NCBI GenBank assembly: GCA_030704615.1
Contig: CM060731.1
Location: 39,122,001 to 39,186,000 of the forward strand
Length of the DNA: 64,000 bases
Direction of reading: 5' to 3'
From: Takakia lepidozioides
Taxonomy: Eukaryota; Plantae; Bryophyta
A model generated the notes under the pieces. The model made no database searches. It was not told the origin of the DNA and worked only from the letters and a program-made list of their open reading frames with translations. Both the position numbers and the translations under genes were made by a program. Within the stretch, counting starts at the first letter, position 1, and the number at the start of each line of letters is the position of its first letter. Positions 38,227-50,624 of the stretch are shown one piece after another.

Positions 38227-41054
38227 TCACCAATAATCCCCACACGAACACACCCCATCTTTGAAGTGGTGAAAGCGTTTTGCATCCCGAACAGCAACTG
38301 ATCGCCCAACAATCTTAGAGATGAACTTGGTGGCTGTGTGGCAATCACCACACAGCCGAAGGTTCTTGATGACACAAAGAGGCATACCAGGAGGTGTGCT
38401 GATGATTCCAAAGGCAATGGCCAGCTTCTCACTGTGGTGGCAAAGAGAAGATTCTTTTTGTTCTTCTTCCAGCTCATGCAATACAAAACGCGTATCAGGC
38501 ACATACCCGGCCTCCTTCATCAGCCCAGACAACCTCTCCAGCTCAGCATGGATTTCCTCAATTTGTGGATGCAGTTTGTCATCTACAACAAATGTATGCA
38601 TCTGCTTGTTAACCTCAATGCAGCTCCACCCTGGCTCCTTTCTGACTCCTCTGTCCTCCATCATCTGTCTCACCTTTGCTTTATCGTCCCACCTGCCAGC
38701 TGCAGCATAGATGTTTGAGAGCAGCACATAGGCTGCAGGGTGGTGTGGATCGGACTCGAGAAGGCCTTTTGCCGCACGCTCTGCTAGCTTCAAATCACTG
38801 TGAACTCTACAGGCACTAAGCAAGGCCCCCCACACTGAAGCACCTGGTTTGATTGGCATTTTGTTTATCAAGTTGTCTGCCTCATCCAACTGCCCAGCGC
38901 GGCCAAGAAGGTCAACCATGCAGCTAAAATGCTCCACCGTAGGTGTGAGGCCATGATTTCGACTCATGGAATCAAAGAACCGATGGCCTTCATCCACTAG
39001 GCCCGCATGACTACATGCAGAGAGAAGAGATATAAATGTTATACCATTTGGCCTCAAGCCTTCGAGTTCCATGCGGTGAAAGAGTTGTAGGGCCTCCCTA
39101 CCACATCCATTCTGGCCACATCCTGCGATCATCACAGTCCATGAGACCACATTTCGTTTAGCCATACTGTCGAACACTTCGCGTGCATCCTTCATGCTCC
39201 CACATTTCGCATACATGTCCACAAGGGTATTCTCCATAATCATATCTGATGAAATCCCAGCTTTGATGATGTCACTATGGACCTCCTTGCCCTTTGCTAG
39301 TGCTCCGAGGCTGGCACAGGCACTGAGAATGCTAGTGAATGTGACCCTGTCGGGTGTGACCCCTTCCCGTTGCATTTGCTCGTAGAGCTTGAACGCCTCC
39401 TCAGCGAGCCCGCTCTTGGCGTATCCTGCCAACATCATAGTCCACGTAAACAAATCTCGTTCAGGCATTTCATTAAACACTTGGCATGCGTCCACCAGGC
39501 TCCCACACTTGGCATACATGTTCACAAGAGCACTGAGTAAGAAGATGTCTGGCTTGAGCCCAGCTTTGATGATGTCAGCATGCACTTGTTTGCCCTTTTC
39601 CAGGACTCCTAAGCTGGCACAAACATTGAGAATGCAAGTGAAGGTGACCCTGTTAGGTGTCACCCCTTCCCCTTTCATTTCCTTGTAGAGTTTGAAAGCA
39701 TCCTCAGCATGCCCATGCTTGGCATATCCTGCCATTAGCATTGTCCATGTATGAATATCTCGTTTAGGCATTTTGTCAAACACTTTGCATGCATCCACAA
39801 GGCTTCCACACTTGGCATACATATTCACAAGAGTGTTGCGTACAAAGATGTTTTGCTTGAATCTACTTTGGATAATGTGGTCATGCACCTGCTTTCCCTC
39901 TTCAAGGTCATTTGTATTGATGCACTCCCGCAAGAGACCAACATAAATATTGGAGTCTGCCTGAATACCTCGTTTGCTCAAAATGTGCAGTGCCTCTTTC
40001 ACTTGTCCTGCCTTACATAGTGTCCTCACATACTCATACGTGCCAGAAACGTCCTTGTTGACACCCTCTTTGGGGCCTGTTCCAGAAACAGCACTGATTA
40101 TCAAGGTATTGCCCCTGCTGCTAGTCTGATGTCCAGCAGTCAATTGTGTCCGATTCAACCCTGTCATCCTACATGACGGAACCTCTTAGATAAGTACCGT
40201 TAAACTGAAACTCGCTTAACATATACTTCAAAGAAAGATTTTTTGACAGGCTTTTGTTGCACATTAACAAGCTTACAAACCTATCTCAGTCATCTACTTT
40301 GAGAATGCACTACGGCCTTTCTATCCTGTTTCAGTTGTAACCTGGTTCATCGTAAGAACAATACCCGTCGAGTTTTTGGCCTCGGTCTGAGGGCCATACA
40401 TCCACATTAAAACCATCACCAGACTGTACTTGACCTTTAATCACGGCAGCTCCCTCTGCTTTTGGATGCGAGATACTGTCAACTAGAAGGACCCCTTTTG
40501 TGCGCTTATCTGTGAAGCTTGAACTTTCCTGTGAGCAGTCATAGCTTAGCCACACGACTACCAAAGCCCGAACCATCTTCAAATAGCAAGTATTAACCTT
40601 GAGAACCCTACTTTCAGGTCCACCTACTGAGAGCCACACTACGACTTCACTTCCGTTTTTTCACAATGAAGAGCAAAGCAACTGCAGATGCAATCCAGTC
40701 TACAGAACATCATCACGCCAGATTTCGACGAAGCCATCCTTGATAACTCTGTCGCATCCTAATTCAAGATGGCCTCACCTTATCAAACCTGGTGTTCCCC
40801 CACTGTGGAGAATTTGAGAAAAACTCTTGCCAAAGCTGTTCTCCCCCTCCTGGTTGCTGGGGAGGCGTCATAAACATCACTCGCGAGGGTCTCGAACGCT
40901 GTATTGTCAAGCTGGATACCCTTTTCAGCTCCACAGCCTGACCCATTAATCTGATACATAATCTGAGATCTCCTTCCCGTTTATTCCAAGGAACGGACAG
41001 CACCTCAGGTATACATTCCGCCTGCGCGCTCAGACAGCCGGAGCATGCTGCCAT
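38227..41054 (-). CDS. PLS-class PPR-E-DYW RNA-editing factor; main exon 40168-38227 with upstream degenerate PDF exons
   Basis: 646-aa ORF with three KCG-type triplets, KEPGWSCIE, HHSEKLA, CGDCH, CSCGDYW. Acceptor catgtag|g at 40168 parallels 24026. Upstream EQLWQEFFSNSPQWGNTRFDK|gtgagg (ends 40779) and ESSSFTDKRTKGVLLVD...GQVQSGDG (~40530-40370). 5' exon joins uncertain. Confidence 0.9.
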
Positions 41055-41399
41055 CGAATTGCTATCTATACTGAGAAAAGAGACGTTGGGTGCAAATGTA
41101 AAATTTCACACTGAACCTGGCGTGGGTATCATGTCAAAGCTACATGGTATGACTGTTTTGATATCGCGTACACTTGCACTTGGGGACTGTGACGTCGCGC
41201 AGGGTTCGGAACTCCAGCAAGCACTTGCCCGACAGGAAGTTTCAAGCAGCAATCTTCTTCCTAGATGTTTTACTTATAACACATGTGAGACCTTGCTTGA
41301 AATAGACTCGGTCTGTACGTGATCGAATTTGATGAAACCCTGTACGACTATATTTGCAACATGTACAATGGGTGAACGTGCATAGGATGAGAAGTTCCC

Positions 41400-44300
41400 A
41401 AAAAGAAAAAGGGGGGGGGGGGGGGGGGGGGAAAGGGGAAAGGAACAGGAAACAAGAAACAAGAGAAGAAAACAAAAAGCTATAGTAAGCTACTCAGCTA
41501 GAGAAAAGAACAAAAGCTATAGTAAGCTACTCAACTAGCGACAAAAACAGATGCTATAGTAAGCTACTCAAGCAGAGCGACCTTCCCAGCCAACAGCTTG
41601 GAGGAGATCAGGCAAGGAGAAAGGCAAAGTGTCAGGCATAGGCGGAAGATGAGATGACGCGGAGCTAGCCACATCAGCCCGATGCAAAATAGATGTGGCT
41701 TGTGCTCTCTGCAAAGCAACTGAAACACGCTGTCGATGGTAGGCAACAAGGACGGAGGCATGTGGGATGCCAATGGACCCGCTCTTGGCTGCATGATGTG
41801 CACATGTCCGCAGGAAATCGTCAAAGTGTCGGTGCAATGAACCAAATATCTCGACCGCCAGCGGAAGAAATTTGTCGGTGGGGTAACGATCGCTGTAGTC
41901 GCGTTCCTTGGCCTGAGGTGCTACAGTGGTTGCCGTGCCTGGTGTGGTAGCTTCGCGAGATAGCAGATCCGCTCGAGTGGGTTAGGCGAGAACGACATCC
42001 GCTAGGGTACGCAAACCATCTCTAGATATGACGATGTCAACACGGCGGCGTGTAGAGTGGGACGTAAGCGTGGGTCGTAAATGTGGTTGCTCACGCAGTA
42101 CATGATACCCTGCCTCCCGAGCAATAGATGTCACCGCATCGCGAACCATATCATGAGACGCAGTGCGCTCACAACCACATGGACTGTGAAGGAGATGGAT
42201 GGCAAGGTCATCGATGGGCTGCAACGCTAAAGGAAGGAGATGGATGGCCATCGATGAAGACAGACGCAACGCGAAGGATGAGGCAAACCGAGTCGAAGGC
42301 GGAACGCAATAGTGAAAATAAGGGATGAGAGGCGAAAAGGTGCGATAGTAGGTCGTGCTGCCAACCATGCCCCTGCTCCAGGTCCTGCGCATGATAAAAG
42401 TCGGGCTCGATGCAACTCAGAAAGAAGCACTTGAGAGCATGTCGGAAAAAGAATGATGGTGCACGCGCTCGGAAGTGGACTCCTGAAGATGGTCGAGGCT
42501 TTCAACAACCAACTGCTCAAATGGTGGTAGACATGCTCGCACCGATGCCGGAAGAAGATCTCGCGCAGAACGGAGATGCTGCTGGAAGGGTAAAATGTCA
42601 CTGTCAACATGTGCAACGGTGTCCATAAGGATGGGACGATAGTCACAGAGAAATCGTGAAGCGAAGGCTGGCGCAACCAATGCCCAACTGCCGAGGAAAG
42701 CTGACGGGGCAGCAGTGACAGTGGACAAAAGACCCACACCACCAGAAGAGACGGGCAGGGTGGCTTGTTGTCGTGGCAAAAGTCCCTGAGCACCCTCCAG
42801 AGCTTCTGGTCCTAACAATCTTCCGAAGATAGTCATCATGGTAGTATCAAACCCACATAAGTGGTGTAGGAAATCTGGGCTGGGTGGAACAGTGTGCAAG
42901 AGATATGAGGGACGCTGAAGGAAACATTTGGTCAAGATTCCATATGCTACACGTACATTTCCGAGCCTAGGAAAGAGATCGGCGTGGGTGGCATCCTGGT
43001 GGAATGCATCTTCCAAGAAAGACTTTGTGAACTGGGTGGTGCCAAAAAGGGACTCCCAGGATTCTGATGCCATTGGGCGGAGCAATGAAGTGAGCAGGGA
43101 GGACAAAATCTGCAGGGAGACCGGACGGAGACCACACCGCACATTTGCGAGATTGCACTGAAAGGCCCACGGCAGAGAGTTGGGTGACAAAATGATGGTA
43201 AGCTGAAAGTACCTGTGAGGCAGGGCCTACAATGTGCGTGTCGTTTGTTGGTAAAAGACAAAATGAGTGTACTTGTGCAGAAGCCGTGTGAGGGCGCGGA
43301 CGTGAGCCATGGCAAACAAAGGTCCTCCTAATGGGTCACCTTGGCGGGTCCCAACCTCGGACTGAATGATGGATCACTCACCTAGGCGAGAATGATGACT
43401 GTAGTATAGGGGAGTGGTGGATGCATAGAATAATTGAACAAACAGAATGAGCTAGTGGAAATCTCATCCGGCTCAATGGAGCTCCTGAAAGATAGCCGCT
43501 CGTGACACAGTGTTGAAAGCGGTGGTGACGTCGACCTGGAGAACCACCCAATCCGGATGAAGATCAAGAGCTGCATGAATCCCCTGAACCACCGCCTCGC
43601 AACCTCCTAAAGTGGCGACCCCGAACTGGTGAAGAAAGAGATGTCCGGAGAAGACATCTCGAAACTGAAGACAAAGTGAGTGGCTGACAAGGCGGTAAAG
43701 AACCTCTCCAACTACGATAGGGCGGATGCCTATACCTGAGGGTTTGCTCATAGCCAACAATCTGGAGGCCCCAAGGAGACGGGCCACGGAGGCAGGGATA
43801 CGACCAGCAGCAATAAAGGAGCAAATCTGAAATAGCTGAGAAAAGCCACTAGCAGAGTCATGTGGAGAGAAACACTTGCGTAAGTCTTCATACAGGAGAC
43901 CGGAAGGACCTGCCGCTGCAAGATGAGGACTGCGCATGAAGGCCTGAGTGAAGACCTCCCGATCTAACTGGAGATCCTAGTCTGGCTCGAAGTCCTCGAC
44001 AAAAAGCGGCAAAATATCCTTAGCTGATGGGTGAAGGGTTTCGAGGGCAGTGACAGTATCTGCTGATGGAGGCGTTGGTGTGGAAGGTGCTAAAGCCTTG
44101 GCCGCACGTGAGTACTCGCCAACGCGGCCTAACATGAGACTATGACGAAGTCGCCTGTGGACCGATGAGGGTGGCTGCGTGGAGGAAGCGGGAGGGGCGC
44201 GTGCCACAAGGGCTAGTGCCCGTAATTGATGCTCATCTTGTAGACTCTCCCAATCTCCAGATAAAAAACAGCGAAGACGGATGCGCGTCTCTCTGTGCCC

Positions 44301-44633
44301 TAACTGACTGCCATGAGGGGGAAAACCAAACACCATTGAGAAAATAACAAGAAAAGATACCATGCTGGTATATCAGCAGGATCACGAACCAGCCTGTCTA
44401 AGGGCAGACGGAGTGCCAGTTGGACCTCATGACGCAGTGCCACCGGAATTCTTGTATAAAGACGAGGCCTTGGCAGTCCTAGTTGAAATGCGCCCAGTAC
44501 ATCTAGAGCTGAAAGCCAATGCCATGCATTTGGAGGCAAGAGGTGGCGCATGCAAGACACTGGGCTGAAATGGAAAAGTACCATTTGTGTGGGACTGATG
44601 AAGAGCCGCACACGTGCGCTGGTGTCGCGCCCA
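41400..44633 (-). mobile_element. Degenerate CRE-like non-LTR retrotransposon (RT plus restriction-like endonuclease)
   Basis: RPIVVGEVLYRL, QFGVATLGGCEAVV, DVTTAFNTVSR, GTRQGDPLGGPLF, QATLPVSSGGVG, AGAWL, RLRLG, HLLH..C..ERTASHD, RRVDIV; many frameshifts; 3' tandem repeats. Confidence 0.85.
41479..41570. repeat. Three copies of a 37-bp-period repeat at the 3' end of the CRE-like element
   Basis: GCTATAGTAAGCTACTCA at 41479, 41516 and 41553; nearby G21 run at 41411-41431. Confidence 0.9.
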
Positions 44634-44853
44634 AACCATTAGAATGAGCAAAACCTCCAGGGGGAAAGACCGAGTCTATCAACTGCCAAGTACTCCAGTT
44701 CAACAAACCGACCTGAATATTCGTCAGATTGCCCGCCATCTTTAGCATGTCCCGCAATTGTGAAGTATCTTCTGCATCCTCACTCTGTTCTACAGTTTCT
44801 CCAGCCCTCTCTGCCACAAACCCAACTCCACAATGCGTTGTGACACTCTCCAT
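44630..44853 (-). pseudogene. ureF: 5' fragment of urease accessory protein F, truncated by the CRE-like element
   Basis: ATG at 44853 to WSTWQLIDSVFPPGGFAHSNGL, matching the UreF signature WQLxDSxxPxGGFAHSxGLE; similarity stops at the element junction. Confidence 0.8.
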
Positions 44854-45547
44854 GATAATAACTCCTCTCGGGTGAGAAAAATTTGTGGGTAGTGAGCAGG
44901 CTGGCGGTTCAAAGATGGCACATTGCTTGTCCCTTCCTTATCAATCCATCACTCTAGCGCTGAAGAAAAACCTGGCTGGGTGTGCTAGTTTGGAATAGCA
45001 TCTTTATGGCTGCTGATAAGGATAAGCTCTATCTAAAACCGACGAAATCTTCCAAAATCCGACTTTTACAAAACCCTACTCGACTCGTAAAATATAGAAA
45101 CCCCACAACACTAATTGGAACCCGTGGGGGTTTTGACAGCACTGTTCGAGGCGGTGGGACCGGTGCTGGGAGAGGATGGCGCTTACCAAATTACACCTCT
45201 CGGTGATGAATCTGCCTTCAACGGAGACCGTGGGCTACTCGAAGGACGTTGCTGCCCGCTCTCTCGACCTTCAAGATACGCCCTCCCCTGCAAAAACGAT
45301 GCGATCCGAATCGGGTCGGTCGGTAGCTTGCGCGGGATTGCATATGAGGGTTATTCTTTGCTAGGATTACAGTGGGCCAGGAGAAGGTTAGTCGATAGGG
45401 AACAGAGTACGGCCACCTTCTGCTGCATCAATATGCAAGTTACTCTTGTCTAGAGTTACAGTGGGCGATCGAAGGAGGCAGTACTTTAAGTGCTCTAGAA
45501 ATTCCGATTTACACTCATCCGACGTTCCTGGACGAAAAGAAGACGCA

Positions 45548-47311
45548 ATGGTGCTAGCAAACGCTGACAGTAAGGACTTCAAATATGAAGTAAAGGTCAT
45601 GAATTTCATAAATTTTAAACGTGAGACAGTGTCAGCGACTCAGATGAGTGGGCGATTTGTGGTCTCAGCCGAATCATCGCAGGTGGGTCAATGGCGCCGT
45701 GCAAATGTGTCTTGGTTAGGTCTTACTCATCCAGGACGAAGCCTAACCTACACATTTCTTCCTTCTATTGTCGGTAGAAGCTGGGAAGATGCGGCCGGAC
45801 GAGTGACTGACTTTGAGTATTGACCCCACAGCCAAGGGGGGCTCTACTAGATGAAGAATTTGCTTTCTGGCGGGAGCAGGATGGAAATTTTGGGTAGGTC
45901 ACAATGACAAAGAGCATGATTGTCAACTCGATTGTGTACGGTAGACCTTCTGAATGCAACCACTTCTGATTCCGTAGGATTATGGTCTTTCTCTGGAGCT
46001 CCAGATTGAAGCCCAACCTCTCTGCAGACAACGCTTTTTTTACTCAATTCATTGTGTTTCCGCAACACTACACCTATGTGAGTTCTCAGTTTTCATGCTG
46101 ATCTTCTTAAGCTGGAAACGTCACTGAGTAGTATGCTTTTTCTGTTTTTTTTGTGGAGAAGAGAGGTGGGTTGGCACAGGATATGGTAGGCAAGGTGGGT
46201 GCTTCGTGGCCCATAACTGGGATACTGTCATGCTGCCAAAGTTAAAGCATTCACTTTCACATAGGCTTACCTTTGCAGTTTGAGATTCCTTGAGATGAAA
46301 TGATGCTTCTCACTTACAGGGCTGTCTGCATCTGTGAAATATCACATTGTCAGAGGGTTTTGAACTTTTTTGGGTCCCTCAGTATTTTCAGTGTCAGAAC
46401 GCCTGCTATTACTTGCAATCAAGTCTAGCCTCCACAACATGTATGCTCTTGTGAAATTTGTGTGGTTCTCCCTTATTGGCGTGTGGTGTTGCAAATGCAG
46501 CCATTCGGAGTCTTACATGGGGGCATTACGGCATTGCTAGCTGAGGATTTGGCTAGCATGGGAGCTATTCTGGCTGCAGGGGGACGAAGAGTAGCAGGCA
46601 TAGAAATAAATGTCAACCACTTGCGAGCTGTGCCTATCGGGAATGAGGTCATCGTCAAGGCAGAACCTCTCATGGTGGGGAAAAGGGTTCAGGTACTCAA
46701 GTCAAACATGGTCTGGCTAGTGGCTGAAGGAGCCAGTCTTTCCATGAAAGATTGCCTGGATTGTCATGCACATGGATGCTTTCCGTATGTACTAGCCATG
46801 ATTTCATGCAAGAGAAGAGATTGATATGATGTCTGTGGATGTTAAAGAAAATGACATTTTCCTGTATATTGTCAACTGAGATGAATTAGAGTTAGTGCCA
46901 GAGCGCTGGAAGGGTCTAGAAACAGCTGTAAAAATGTCCTGACCTTAGTCAACCTCGAGTTCAGATTTCAGGGTTTGTATCATAACTCAGATTCTCTTCT
47001 CACTGATGAGAGGTATCAGCTTGTGTATTCCTTCTTGGTCATGTAATGGTGTTCACCATGGAAGTCCACAAAACTTGAGTTGAGAGATTTACACTCGAGT
47101 CTCTCGAGCCATATATCTATTTATTGAAACTATTTGAACTCTTTTGCTTGTGAGAGTGGTCCTCATATGATCTTGTTTTATTCAGGTCTGGGAAGTAAAG
47201 TTCTCAACAAGTTTGAAGCAAGATGGGGACTCTGGAAAATCACCCGAATCTGTTACCACGGCGGTTTCACGTGTCACTGTTATAGTGCTGCCGATTTCGG
47301 AGAGACTTTAG
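45548..47311 (+). CDS. Hotdog-fold thioesterase (1,4-dihydroxy-2-naphthoyl-CoA thioesterase/PaaI-like), 3 exons
   Basis: Exons 45548-45682, 46501-46692, 47186-47311 in phase 0; Q|PFGVLHGGITALLAEDLASMGA, VAGIEINVNHL, GKRVQ|VWEVK, SRVT. Confidence 0.88.
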
Positions 47312-47593
47312 GAGGAAATACGCTTACTTCAATGTTCTCACTTTCGCAGGATCCGCCCTGAAGTCATTCTTGGCAGGAGTGCTTGAGAGCAATCAGTGCC
47401 AGTCCATTGCTGCAACGGAAGTCGAACCTCATGGTTTAGCTGGTATGGAATTTGGTCTTCCATAAAGCTGGGGCGCTAAACATTCACCAACTCTGGAAGT
47501 CTGAATTCCTCATCAGCACCAGCTCTGCGGCTCTGGAGGAGCAGCTTCGATGGATAGTAACGTTGGGGCAGTGGCATTAGTTGCTGTAGGCTC

Positions 47594-48067
47594 ATGGCTG
47601 CTGGCGAAGCTGGGCTACTCTTTGATCGCTGCCCCCAAGGCAGCAAGACACACTTTCGGATTCGAGTGCCGCCAGTGCCGACATTGATTGCAGCAGCGGG
47701 ACCAGGAGCTAATGATCTGACCAACATTGGCTTTGGAAGTTTTCTCTTTTTTGACAACGAGATTAGAGAGGGCCCAGGTCGCGACAGCTTGCTCTTGGGG
47801 AGGGAAAGAGGCTTTGGTCCGATAAGTGATATGCAGGGTAAAGAAGGAATTCAGGCCACAAGCACCATGTTCTTCCATGCAGACTCAGGGCACAACGGAA
47901 CCGTCACTTTTCATGGTAATCTGGGGGGCACTGACCCCAGGAGCGAGTTCCTGGTCGTCGGGGGTACTGGTGACTTTCGAGGGGTGCGAGGATATGCGTT
48001 CGTTGAAACTATCAGGGCGAATCCACTTGATTTTGTTTTTCGCTGGACTCTCTACTTGTCGTCCTAA
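47594..48067 (+). CDS. Dirigent-family protein, intronless, N-terminus uncertain
   Basis: FGSFLFFDNEIREGP, SLLLGRERG, EFLVVGGTGDFRGVRGYA dirigent motifs; no in-frame signal peptide. Confidence 0.8.
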   Translation: MAAGEAGLLFDRCPQGSKTHFRIRVPPVPTLIAAAGPGANDLTNIGFGSFLFFDNEIREGPGRDSLLLGRERGFGPISDMQGKEGIQATSTMFFHADSGHNGTVTFHGNLGGTDPRSEFLVVGGTGDFRGVRGYAFVETIRANPLDFVFRWTLYLSS

Positions 48068-48202
48068 TAAATTGGACTTGCTTTTTGAGTTCTTGTGAGT
48101 CGGTTGTCATCTCTACCCATTCTACTGTGTGTGATGTGGAGTACATCGTTGTCTTATGGTCCCTTGCAATGTTTAGATTGGTCACGATTGTAGGTTTTGC
48201 AA

Positions 48203-48545
48203 AATAGTGACGGCCTTCATCCACCAGGCCCACATGGCTACAAGCAGAGAGAAGGGATATGAAAGTGATACCATCCGGCTTCAAGCCTTCCTGTTGCATT
48301 TGTGTGAATAATTGCAGGGCCTCCCTACGACACCCATGCTGAGCATACCCTCCAATCATCACATTCGATGAGACAACATTTCGATCGGCCATATTGTTGA
48401 ACACTTTGAGCGCATCCTTCGTACTCCCGCATTTGGCATACATATCAGCAATGGCAGTCTCCAGAATGATATCTGGTATAATTCCAGCTTTGATCATCCG
48501 CATGGATCTCTTTCCCCTTTTCCAGGGCTCCTATGCTTGCACACC
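48203..48545 (-). pseudogene. Isolated PPR fragment (S-P-L2) flanked by ~75-bp direct repeats
   Basis: MYAKCGS...[21 protein letters not shown]; repeats at ~48127-48202 and ~48551-48638. Confidence 0.85.
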
Positions 48546-48987
48546 CATAATGTGTGTCATGTGGAGAACATCGTTGTCTCATGGTCTCATGGTCCCTTGC
48601 AATGCTTAGATTGGTCACGTTTGTAGATTTTGCAGAAGCGCATCTCCTCTCTTAAGCAGATCTCTTTAGAGCATGTGCGATCTATTCCGGTGAACTGAAC
48701 CCATATCGTAATGGTATTGACTGGATGGACCTACCCGCATGGTGAGATCTGCTCGAGTCTTTCTCACACCCAGTCCTCGGTAATATGTCCAGCAGACCAC
48801 AGGAATGGTGCTTTCCAAAGAGAACTGCATCGCTAGGCTCTCACACACCATGACCATATAGATCTTTCTAGTTTACATGCGGCAGTGGGTCAAAAGTAAC
48901 ACACTATCAACAAGAACTCGTCTTATCTGCAGATTTTGATAAGAATATTTTGAAACGTTGCAGGATTTCATCAAGTGAATTCAGTTA

Positions 48988-50589
48988 TGTCATACCCTGG
49001 TCCCAGCTCCTCTTTCTCCTGAAGTTCTCAGCTGAAGAGCAGGCCCCAAGGTCGCTCTTCCCTCGATGTTGTGGTCCATAACACAGCCAAAACCTGAATA
49101 CCACTATCCAGCTGCTCAACCCAACCGTTCAATCATCATGCTTAACACATTGACCTCAAGAAGAAATCCTTCTCTTCCTTCAACATGGAAAGGGTTCTCT
49201 CTCTCTCCCCTGGATGTCACCCATCCTCCTCACAGATTCATGTGCCAGTCAATGTGCAGCAATAACTCAAAGCACTAAATTAATAAGTGATTTGGCAGTC
49301 ACTGGTTCAGAAAAATCAGGGTACTGAGAACAGCGATAGAGAGTTGGCACTTGTAGACTCGGGTGTAGACTCGGGAGGAGAGACAAGTCCTTTGGGCTCT
49401 CAAGAGTTGCTTGTTTGTCTCTTTCAGTCTGACACCCTTGTCATGCTCCTTGTTGCCGAAGGGATGGCTGGGATTAGTTTTCCTTTCTGTCTCTGGAGTA
49501 AAGGCATAACTGCTCTGGCACGTCGTGCCTTGTTGGTGTTGGAGGTGATTGGGCATTTACCGTGAGCTCGAGAAACTAGGGTGTACCGGTTTCTTCACTT
49601 AGTCTCTCCTCCTTCTCTCAAAGGTCCGTTTTTTCCTTTCTTTGTTTTGTGGGTTTTTCTGTTTTTGGTTCTATGAGTTAGGTGTTTCTTTTTTGTTCCT
49701 CACACAGACACTCAAATCAATTCTAAGACTCAGAACATATTCAACCCCGTACCCCAGGCATCATTCTGAACTGACATAAACCCTTGCCCTCTCCTAGATG
49801 TCTCTTCTAAGCCTTCGGCTTTGGCTACCTATCCGATGAACTAGACCTTATTCATCCTAGCGGCATGCTCGACAGTCTGTCCTTCGCATTAGTTCTCATC
49901 AACTCCCCTTAATGCACAGCCGCCATGCTCCTGGGACCCTCCCCTATTTTCCTTGATTAACCCATCCCCAACCAATCAACTCCTCCCTTCTGCCATCTAA
50001 GTTATGATCACCGGCAAACTCTGGCGTTTGCCACCAACCAGCCATCACCTTCACTAATTCCTCCCACCCTCAGCCTTCCCCCGCTGCTATCACTGCTCGT
50101 CTTCAGCTGATCAGCTTTGTGGTGCTCCATTCAAGTTGCATTCCCGCTTCCTTTGAGTTATCCTCTCCTCATTCCATCCTGTTCGCGCTCGCTTCCTCCT
50201 TCCCGCCTTGTTCGGCTCTCCATTTTGCTTTCCTCCTTGTTTCTCTTTCTTCCTCGTTTTTGCATGATCAATGTGCTCCAGTACTCTCGATGGCACCCCT
50301 CCTCAACAAAGCCTTCAAATCAGCCCCCTCAAGGTCAGGTCCCACCAGATTCGGTGAACCCCCTCACTTCCAGCCATCTACCGGCACTGGTTCTTCATGG
50401 CGCATCAGGCCCAGTCAAAAAGCCTCATCTCCTAGGACCCATCCTCCTCTGCTCGTCCTACAATTCCCGCTTCGGCGAGCGATTCCACCGTGCCCTCGCA
50501 TCTGGGCACGGACTATGCAGGGACATCGGGTCCTCAAAGATCACCCCCGGCAAGCCAGGACAGTACTAATGTCTTGGACGGGTGTAACA
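48988..50589. mobile_element. Possible solo LTR
   Basis: Begins TGTCATACC and ends GGTGTAACA (imperfect TG..CA terminal inverted repeat); no convincing ORF; no TSD found. Confidence 0.35.
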
Positions 50590-50624
50590 CTGCAGCTCTG
50601 CAGCTTGCAATGAGCAAGGATCAC

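Larger units (their letters stand above)
25984..41100. repeat. Diverged tandem segmental duplication: unit 1 ~25984-30850, unit 2 ~30860-41100
   Basis: Collinear matches 25984-26848 to 30862-31697, 28152-30325 to 34110-37875 (minus the LINE), and 30330-30850 to 40598-41100. Confidence 0.9.

Noticed and set aside
41100-41400. Expected continuation of ureF beyond the CRE-like element
   Set aside because: No UreF-like translation recognised on the minus strand.
41479-41570. Three 18-bp repeats with spacers, superficially CRISPR-like
   Set aside because: Eukaryotic context, spacers are similar to each other, no cas genes; it is the retroelement 3' tail.
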